A stretch of 26,287 bases of DNA from a virus (Duplodnaviria > Heunggongvirae > Uroviricota > Caudoviricetes). The notes under the pieces were generated by a model. It saw nothing but the letters and a program-made list of their open reading frames with translations, made no database searches and had not been told where the DNA came from. Shown here piece after piece: positions 7,454-14,041 of the stretch (the first letter of the stretch is position 1; every line of letters starts with the position of its first letter). The stretch lies in the IMG/VR virus record IMGVR_UViG_2609460221_000003. One strand, written 5' to 3'. A program made the position numbers and the translations under genes.

Positions 7454-7454
7454 T

Positions 7455-7922
7455 ATGAACCGTGTTCTGTGTGTGGTGATTATTGTCCTGCTGGTAGCCT
7501 GTGGTGTGCTTAGTCTGGGGCTGAATCATTACCGCGATAACGCCATCACCTACAAAGCGCAGCGCGATAAAAAAGTCAGTGAGCTGAAACTGGCGAACGC
7601 GACAATTACTGATATGCAGATACGCCAGCGTGATGTCGCTGAACTTGATGCCAGATACTCGAGGGAATTAGCCGATGCGAGAGCTGAAAATGAAACTCTG
7701 CGTGCTGATGTTGCCGCTGGTCGTAAGCGCCTGCGGATCAACGCCACCTGCTCCGGTACAGTGCGTGAAGCCACCGGCACCTCCGGCGTGGATAATGCAA
7801 CCGGCCCCCGACTGGCAGACACCGCTGAACGGGATTATTTCATCCTCAGAGAACGGTTGATGACAATGCAGAAGCAGCTGGAAGGGGCACAGGACTATAT
7901 CCGCACTCAGTGCCTGAACTAA
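7455..7922 (+). CDS. Rz: Spanin inner-membrane subunit Rz (i-spanin)
   Basis: Translation closely matches lambda Rz ([16 protein letters not shown]...[11 protein letters not shown]...[13 protein letters not shown]); N-terminal transmembrane helix. ATG 7455 chosen over the longer track ORF start at 7371. Confidence 0.9.
   Translation: MNRVLCVVIIVLLVACGVLSLGLNHYRDNAITYKAQRDKKVSELKLANATITDMQIRQRDVAELDARYSRELADARAENETLRADVAAGRKRLRINATCSGTVREATGTSGVDNATGPRLADTAERDYFILRERLMTMQKQLEGAQDYIRTQCLN
7675..7860 (+). CDS. Rz1: Spanin outer-membrane lipoprotein subunit Rz1 (o-spanin), embedded in the +1 frame of Rz
   Basis: 61 aa, lipobox LVVSAC, proline-rich ([26 protein letters not shown]), matching lambda Rz1; fully nested inside Rz. 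Confidence 0.85.
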   Translation: MRELKMKLCVLMLPLVVSACGSTPPAPVQCVKPPAPPAWIMQPAPDWQTPLNGIISSSENG

Positions 7923-8246
7923 GTTTTGCTGATGCGCCGTATCGTCGCTGTATTCCCTCATTAACAGAGACCGCAGCCCGACAGGGAGACTCCTCTGCGC
8001 GAGTGTGCGGGGATAATCAAAAACGATACACACCGGGGTTTACCGCGTTAACGGAGCGCGGCGTTGTCCCCTCATAGTCGCCAGTCCGGTGCGATGGTGG
8101 AAGAAACAGGACGCCTCGCAAGCCCTGTTATGTCATGTGTCTGATTTGTGATTTAAGTCGGATAATTGTCGTTGCCATTAAGCAGAGGATTGATGACCGA
8201 CAGGGCGGCATTGTTAGAATAAGACTTATTCTTATCTGTGCGGGGA

Positions 8247-8579
8247 ATGAAAATGAAAAGAAATCTTCCGTTAATTATTTTGTTGTCTTCTCTGGTTATG
8301 GGCTGTACGCAACATAAAACAGATATGCCCCGACAGTTGGTTAAGGCATTACCACAATATCCGGCCTATGCAGCGGCAAATTATATAAAGGGACGGGTTG
8401 ATGTGAGGTTTGATATTGGTGCTGATGGTACTGTCACCCGAATTGAGTTTATTCGTTCAGAGCCGCACCATCTGTTTGATGAGCAGGTTGTAAAGGCGAT
8501 GGCAAAATGGCGATTTGAGAAGGACAGGCCGTGTAAAGGCGTGAAGAAAACGTTTATCTTTAGTCCTTCTGCACCCTGA
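8247..8579 (+). CDS. TonB C-terminal-domain lipoprotein (moron)
   Basis: Signal peptide with lipobox LVMGC, then a domain aligning to the E. coli TonB C-terminal domain (PQYPAYAAANYIKGRVDVRFDIGADGTVTRIEFIRSEPHHLFDEQVVKAMAKWRFE against TonB [56 protein letters not shown], recalled). Start may be 8253. Confidence 0.75.
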   Translation: MKMKRNLPLIILLSSLVMGCTQHKTDMPRQLVKALPQYPAYAAANYIKGRVDVRFDIGADGTVTRIEFIRSEPHHLFDEQVVKAMAKWRFEKDRPCKGVKKTFIFSPSAP

Positions 8580-8710
8580 TTATTTCATCAGAAATTAATT
8601 ATCACTCTGTTGTTATTCTGTACATCCCGGCAGGGTAAGTCTTGTTCTGTCGGATATGAAGATGAAATATTGTTGGAGGACAGTNGGTACCTGCTCCTGT
8701 AACCGAACGT

Positions 8711-8911
8711 TCATTTCTCGTTATTTGTCATGCTGGCCGGGCGCAGATGCGTTGCATCTGTTGCCAGCCTTCTCCTGCAGGCTTCAATAACCCACGCTGA
8801 AAAGTTACCGGACCCTTTATGCTCAAGGGCGATGTTGATCTGTTCAATCATGTGATTGGGGAAACGGATATTGCGGGTTGTGGTTCTGCGGGTACGGTTT
8901 TTCGATGACAT
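8711..8911 (-). CDS. Small ribbon-helix-helix-like DNA-binding protein (66 aa)
   Basis: Minus-strand ATG at 8911 with AAGGA 7 nt upstream; basic N-terminus followed by a strand-helix-helix pattern (RNIRFPNHMIEQINIALEHKGSGNFSAWVIEACRRRL). Divergent from the HNH gene. Confidence 0.45.
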   Translation of the reverse strand: MSSKNRTRRTTTRNIRFPNHMIEQINIALEHKGSGNFSAWVIEACRRRLATDATHLRPASMTNNEK

Positions 8912-8952
8912 ATTTATTTCCTTTACTGATTGCCATATGACGGGGATTTTAC

Positions 8953-9318
8953 ATGGCTGAGCTTCGTACACTCCAGAGCAGAATCAAAACACTGAATACC
9001 CGACGGGTGAATATTCTGAAGGGTGAACAGCGTCGTGTCAGTGGCAGTGCACGTGTTTCCCTCAAGCGTCATATCTGGCTCAGGGACGCCGGGCAGTGCC
9101 GTCTCTGTGGTCGTGTGGTTGACCTCTGTGACAGTGAACTCGATCACCGAATTGCACTTCAGTTCGGTGGTGGTAATGAGGAGACGAATCTCTGGACGCT
9201 CTGTACCGAATGCCATCGACAAAAGTCTGCTCGTGAAGCGGCGAGTGATATGCCGGACCCGACGCTGCCGGAGGTGTCCGGAGGTAGTGGCAGAGAGGAC
9301 GACATCATCGGACTGTAA
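8953..9318 (+). CDS. HNH endonuclease (terminase-associated)
   Basis: 121 aa with HNH motif CRLCGRVV...DHRIALQFGGGNEETNLWTLCTECHRQK; located just upstream of cos/terS as in HK97-type cos phages. Confidence 0.85.
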   Translation: MAELRTLQSRIKTLNTRRVNILKGEQRRVSGSARVSLKRHIWLRDAGQCRLCGRVVDLCDSELDHRIALQFGGGNEETNLWTLCTECHRQKSAREAASDMPDPTLPEVSGGSGREDDIIGL

Positions 9319-9410
9319 CCCGACCCCGGGGGGGTATCATCCGGCGTAAAAAACGATCGCTTTGGACACCGCGCCCCCTCTCACGCAGAGAAAAAATTCC
9401 CGTTTCANGG

Positions 9411-9538
9411 CAGTTAACATGTTAACTGGCTGCCCGGGCATTTTTGCGGTTTTTATCTTTATTATTCAGTTTGTTGTGCGGAAAAAATGTTAACAGGCTT
9501 TTTCAGCAAATGTTAACCAGGCAGCAGTTAACATTTGC
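9411..9538. repeat. Cluster of five TGTTAAC/GTTAACA motifs; candidate terminase-binding (cosB-like) elements
   Basis: cagTTAACATGTTAACtgg (palindromic pair, 9411-9427), aaTGTTAACagg (9487-9497), aaaTGTTAACcagg (9508-9521), cagTTAACATttg (9526-9538), in the 290-bp non-coding gap before terS. Confidence 0.4.
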
Positions 9539-9608
9539 GGCATGAGACGCCGGGAAAAATGGGCTGAACCATACCCGGCTGAGTGCGTTCTGGACCCGGG
9601 AGGAGGCT

Positions 9609-10172
9609 GTGCTGACAACGCAAAAACGAAAATTTGCGCTGGCGCTCATGTCCGGGAAAAACAAAACAGCGTCAGCCATTGCCGCCGGTTATTCGGCGAA
9701 GACCGCCAGGGTTAAAGGCTCGCAGCTGGCAAAAGATCCGGAGGTGCTTGCGTTTATAGCCCGTAAACAATGCGAGACGGTGGAGGTGGATGAGGTTCCT
9801 GTTTACCGGCAGAAAAAATCAGAGCAGGAGGATAAACCCCGTCGCCGTGAGGCGGCTGCAATACCACAGCCGGACGAAAACAATCCGGAGATGCCACCGT
9901 CCGCGGTGATGTCTCCTGGTATTGAATATATGGAGGATGGTCTTCCCGATCCGGTGAAAGCCATGGGGCGGATCCTGGTGGAAAACCTCTGCATTGATCC
10001 GAAACTGGCACTGGATGCGGCCTGGCGTCTGGCGCAGTTCACGCACCATAAAAAAGGGGATACCGGGAAAAAATCGGCAAAAGGTGATGCCGCGAAAAAA
10101 GCGGCTAACCGTTTTGCGGTGCCACCGCCACCCCGACTGGTGGTGAATAACGATAATGAGGGCAACGGATGA
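9609..10172 (+). CDS. terS: Terminase small subunit
   Basis: GTG start with strong RBS GGAGGAGG; N-terminal HTH typical of TerS (KRKFALALMSGKNKTASAIAAGYSAKTARVKGSQL); stop overlaps terL start (ATGA). Confidence 0.8.
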   Translation: MLTTQKRKFALALMSGKNKTASAIAAGYSAKTARVKGSQLAKDPEVLAFIARKQCETVEVDEVPVYRQKKSEQEDKPRRREAAAIPQPDENNPEMPPSAVMSPGIEYMEDGLPDPVKAMGRILVENLCIDPKLALDAAWRLAQFTHHKKGDTGKKSAKGDAAKKAANRFAVPPPPRLVVNNDNEGNG

Positions 10173-11830
10173 TACCTGTATGGAGCACAGCCTGCCCGGA
10201 CTGGGCAGAGCGCCTGAAAAAGGGGCTGTCGATTATTCCGGATCCGATTTATCCGGACGAGGCCGCACATGCCCTGGCGATTTTTAAACAACTGCGGATT
10301 GTGGATGCACCTGGTAGCCCTACGTTCGGGGAGTCCTGTGCACCGTGGGTGTTTGACCTGGTGGCGGCCCTGTTTGGCTCCTACGATGCGCAGACCGGTG
10401 TACGCCATATCAAGGAAGTTTTTATCCTTATCCCCAAGAAAAACTCGAAGTCCACGCTGGCCGCGGGGATCATGATGACTGCACTGTTACTGAACTGGCG
10501 GCAGGCGGCGGGTTACACGATTCTGGCCCCGACTGTGGAGGTGGCGGCCAACGCCTTCAACCCTGCCCGGGATATGGTACGACGTGACGATGATCTGGAT
10601 GACCTCTGCCAAGTACAGACCCATATCCGGACCATCACCCACCGGGTGACAGACACCACCCTGAAGGTGGTGGCAGCCGATCCGAATACGGTGTCCGGTA
10701 TCAAGTCCGTGGGTACGCTGATTGATGAGTTGTGGCTGTTTGGCAAGCAGTGCAAGGCGGAGGACATGTTACGTGAAGCCATAGGCGGCCTTGCCTCCCG
10801 CCCGGAAGGGTTTGTGGTGTATACGACCACCCAGTCGAATGAACCGCCCGCCGGGGTGTTCAGACAGAAACTGCAGTACGCCCGGGATGTGCGCGACGGC
10901 AAAATTCATGATCCGCACTTTCTGCCGGTGATATTTGAACACCCTCCTGAAATGGTGGAAAGCGGGGCTCACCTGCTGATGGAAAACCTCGCCATGGTCA
11001 ATCCTAATCTCGGCTATTCAGTGGATGAGGCCTTTCTGTACCGGGAGTACCGTAAAGCCCGGGAAGCCGGTGAAGAGACATTCCGGGGGTTCATGTCAAA
11101 ACACGCCAATGTGGAAATTGGTCTTGCCCTGCGCTCTGACCGCTGGGCGGGGGCTGATTTCTGGGAAGAGCAGGGCCGTTGTATCAGCCTGGACGATATC
11201 CTGCGTCGTGCTGATGTGGTGACGGTGGGGATTGACGGCGGAGGGCTGGATGATCTGCTGGGGATGTATGTGATTGGGCGTGACCGGGAGACCCGCGAAT
11301 GGCTGGGCTGGGGCCATGCCTGGGCGCATGAAACCGCGGTGGTCCGACGGAAGAGCGAGGCGTCCCGGTTTCAGGATCTTGTTGCCTGTGGAGATATGAC
11401 CATTGTCCGGCGTGTCGGGGATGACACGGCGGAAGTGGCGGAATATGTGCGTCGCATTCATGAGGCTGAGTTACTGGACCATATCGGTATTGACCCGTCA
11501 GGGGTGGGGCAGATTCTGGATTCACTGGCGGAAGCCGGGATCCCCGACGGAATTGTGGTGGGGATAAGCCAGGGCTGGAAACTGGGCGGGGCCATTAAAA
11601 CCACCGAGCGCAAACTGGCTGAAGGGGTGCTGGTGCATGGTGACCAGCCCCTGATGGCCTGGTGTGTCGGCAATGCCCGGGTGGAGCCTAAAGGTAACGC
11701 CATTCTTATCACCAAACAGGCCAGTGGACGGGGAAAAATTGACCCGTTGATGGCGCTGTTCAATGCGGTCTCCCTGATGTCCCTTAACCCGGAACCGAAA
11801 AAGAAAGAATATGCGGTTTTTTTCATATAA
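10169..11830 (+). CDS. terL: Terminase large subunit (ATPase/nuclease)
   Basis: 553 aa; Walker A-like ILIPKKNSKST; size and position typical of TerL. Confidence 0.9.
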   Translation: MIPVWSTACPDWAERLKKGLSIIPDPIYPDEAAHALAIFKQLRIVDAPGSPTFGESCAPWVFDLVAALFGSYDAQTGVRHIKEVFILIPKKNSKSTLAAGIMMTALLLNWRQAAGYTILAPTVEVAANAFNPARDMVRRDDDLDDLCQVQTHIRTITHRVTDTTLKVVAADPNTVSGIKSVGTLIDELWLFGKQCKAEDMLREAIGGLASRPEGFVVYTTTQSNEPPAGVFRQKLQYARDVRDGKIHDPHFLPVIFEHPPEMVESGAHLLMENLAMVNPNLGYSVDEAFLYREYRKAREAGEETFRGFMSKHANVEIGLALRSDRWAGADFWEEQGRCISLDDILRRADVVTVGIDGGGLDDLLGMYVIGRDRETREWLGWGHAWAHETAVVRRKSEASRFQDLVACGDMTIVRRVGDDTAEVAEYVRRIHEAELLDHIGIDPSGVGQILDSLAEAGIPDGIVVGISQGWKLGGAIKTTERKLAEGVLVHGDQPLMAWCVGNARVEPKGNAILITKQASGRGKIDPLMALFNAVSLMSLNPEPKKKEYAVFFI

Positions 11831-11856
11831 CCCTGTTCACACTGTAACCATCACGA

Positions 11857-11877
11857 ACCGCTCCGGCGGTTTTTTTA
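11857..11877 (+). terminator. Intrinsic terminator-like hairpin between terL and the protease gene
   Basis: ACCGC-TCCG-GCGGT followed by TTTTTTT. Confidence 0.5.
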
Positions 11878-11893
11878 TTTTCAGGAGGCTGAT

Positions 11894-12883
11894 GTGACTC
11901 TTAAACGGGCCTGTTCCCTGCTGACGGTGAAATCCTTCAGTGAGGATGAACGAGTGATCACCGGGATTGCGTCAACGCCTTCTCCGGATCGGGATGGTGA
12001 CATCCTGGAGCCGGAGGGCGCGGAGTTTGGCAGTGCGATCCCGTTTCTCTGGCAGCATGACCATTCCCGCCCGGTGGGGCAGTGTACGGTGCGCCGGGTC
12101 AGCGAAGGGCTGGAAATCACGGCAACACTGGTGAAGCCCGTACCGGATATGCCGTCGCAACTGGCTGCCCGGCTGGATGAGGTCTGGGCGGCCATTAAGA
12201 CCGGGCTGGTCAGGGGGCTGTCCGTGGGCTTCCGTCCCCATGAATACACCTTTCTGGACGGAGGCGGACTGCATTTTCTGCGCTGGGAACTGATGGAGGT
12301 GTCTGCCGTCACCGTGCCCGCGAATGCGGAATGCACCATCCGGACCATTAAATCTTACGACCGCCCGTTTTCTGCCGCGTCCGGCAACCGGAAACCGGTG
12401 GTGAAAATCGCATCTTCTGCCGGCGCTGCGGCACAGTCAACAACCGTTTTTCATAAGGAAAAGACCATAATGAATATTGGCGAACAGATTAAAAGTTTTG
12501 AAAACAAGCGTGCAGCGCTGGCAGCCTCCCTTGAGGAGGTCATGACCAAAGCCGCAGAGGAAGGGCGCACGCTGGATGTGGAGGAGGAAGAGCATTACGA
12601 CAACACCGCAGCGGAAATCCGTCAGGTGGATGCGCACCTGAAGCGCCTGCGTGAACTGGAAGCCGGTAAGGCCGCCACGGCGCAGCCGGTGAAACAGGCC
12701 GGTAACGGGAATGTGGCCGCGGTGGCTTCTGCGCCGGTGATCCGTGTGGAGCAGAAACTGGATAAGGGGATTGGCTTCGCCCGCTTTGCCAAATCGCTGG
12801 CTGCGGCTAAAGGCGTCCGATCTGAAGCCTGGAAGTGGCCCGTCGTCAGTATCCGGATGACAGTCGTCTGCATCATGTCCTGA
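11894..12883 (+). CDS. HK97-family prohead protease with C-terminal scaffold-like coiled-coil region
   Basis: N-terminal about 170 aa has the prohead serine protease pattern (FLWQHDHSRPVG...GLSVGF...EVSAVTVPAN); C-terminal about 150 aa is a charged coiled-coil (delta/scaffold-like). Frame runs into the capsid ORF. Confidence 0.8.
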   Translation: MTLKRACSLLTVKSFSEDERVITGIASTPSPDRDGDILEPEGAEFGSAIPFLWQHDHSRPVGQCTVRRVSEGLEITATLVKPVPDMPSQLAARLDEVWAAIKTGLVRGLSVGFRPHEYTFLDGGGLHFLRWELMEVSAVTVPANAECTIRTIKSYDRPFSAASGNRKPVVKIASSAGAAAQSTTVFHKEKTIMNIGEQIKSFENKRAALAASLEEVMTKAAEEGRTLDVEEEEHYDNTAAEIRQVDAHLKRLRELEAGKAATAQPVKQAGNGNVAAVASAPVIRVEQKLDKGIGFARFAKSLAAAKGVRSEAWKWPVVSIRMTVVCIMS

Positions 12884-13830
12884 AATCGGCAGTGGGCGCG
12901 GGGACCACCACGGATCCGCAGTGGGCAGGCAGCCTGTCTGAATATCAGGAATACGCACAGGACTTTATTGATTACCTGCGTCCGCAGACCATTATCGGGC
13001 GATTTGGTCAGGGCGGGATCCCTGCACTTCGTCAGGTGCCGTTCAATATCCGTGTGCACGCCCAGGTGTCCGGCGGTGCTGCCGGCTGGGTGGGTGAGGG
13101 TAAGGCAAAACCCCTGACGAAGTTTGATTTTGAATCCATCACCTTCAGTCATGCGAAGGTGTCGGCCATTGCGGTACTGACGGAAGAATTGATCCGTTTT
13201 TCCAGTCCGGCTGCTGATGCACTGGTCCGTAATGCGCTGGCGGAAGCGGTGGTGGCGCGTCTGGATACAGACTTTGTGGACCCGAAAAAAGCCGCAGTGG
13301 CAGATGTCTCCCCGGCGTCCATCACCCATGATGTGAAGGGCACGGCATCAACCGGTAACCCGGATGCGGATGCAGAGGCTGCGTTTGGACAGTTTGTGGC
13401 AGCAAACCTGCAGCCCACCGGTGCGGTCTGGCTGATGTCCAGCACCAATGCCCTGGCACTGTCCATGCGTAAAAATGCGCTGGGTCAGAAGGAATACCCG
13501 GACATGACCCTGCTGGGTGGCTCCTTCCAGGGGCTGCCGGTGATTGTCTCCCAGTACGTGGGTGACCAGCTGGTGCTGGTGAATGCCCCGGATATTTATC
13601 TGGCGGATGACGGCGGCGTGGCAGTGGATATGTCCCGCGAGGCATCACTGGAAATGCAGTCTGAGCCGGGCGGCGACAGTACCACGCCGTCCCCGGTGGA
13701 GCTGGTTTCCATGTTCCAGACAGGCAGCGTGGCCATCCGTGCGGAGCGCTGGATCAACTGGCGTCGTCGCCGTACCGCGGCGGTGGCGGTGATCACCGGA
13801 GTGAACTACGGCAGTGCGTCCGGCGGCTGA
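12835..13830 (+). CDS. Major capsid protein, HK97 fold
   Basis: 331-aa ORF with HK97-like MCP character; begins in a different frame overlapping the protease/scaffold ORF by 49 nt. Confidence 0.8.
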   Translation: MARRQYPDDSRLHHVLKSAVGAGTTTDPQWAGSLSEYQEYAQDFIDYLRPQTIIGRFGQGGIPALRQVPFNIRVHAQVSGGAAGWVGEGKAKPLTKFDFESITFSHAKVSAIAVLTEELIRFSSPAADALVRNALAEAVVARLDTDFVDPKKAAVADVSPASITHDVKGTASTGNPDADAEAAFGQFVAANLQPTGAVWLMSSTNALALSMRKNALGQKEYPDMTLLGGSFQGLPVIVSQYVGDQLVLVNAPDIYLADDGGVAVDMSREASLEMQSEPGGDSTTPSPVELVSMFQTGSVAIRAERWINWRRRRTAAVAVITGVNYGSASGG

Positions 13831-14041
13831 GTCTGATAAGGAGGACGGGAGGCGTGCGCCTCCCGTAACAGGTTATGGCAAAGATCCGATATCTGCAGGG
13901 CACGCATGATGCCCGGGCCGGGGATATCCGTGATGTGGCACAGCCGTGTGCGGAGGTGCTGGTTCGCCTGGGAAAGGCGGAGTACATCACGGTGCGACGT
14001 CCGGCAGGTCAGAAAAAGAAACGTGATGCGGAGCATGGCGA

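Noticed and set aside
7371-7454. N-terminal extension of Rz to 183 aa
   Set aside because: The lambda Rz homology and transmembrane helix begin at ATG 7455; the extension instead covers the 28-codon hydrophobic ORF in the same frame.
9803-10408. 201-aa minus-strand ORF
   Set aside because: Antisense to terS/terL, which have clear homology and coupled starts.
12622-13329. 235-aa minus-strand ORF
   Set aside because: Antisense to the protease/capsid genes.
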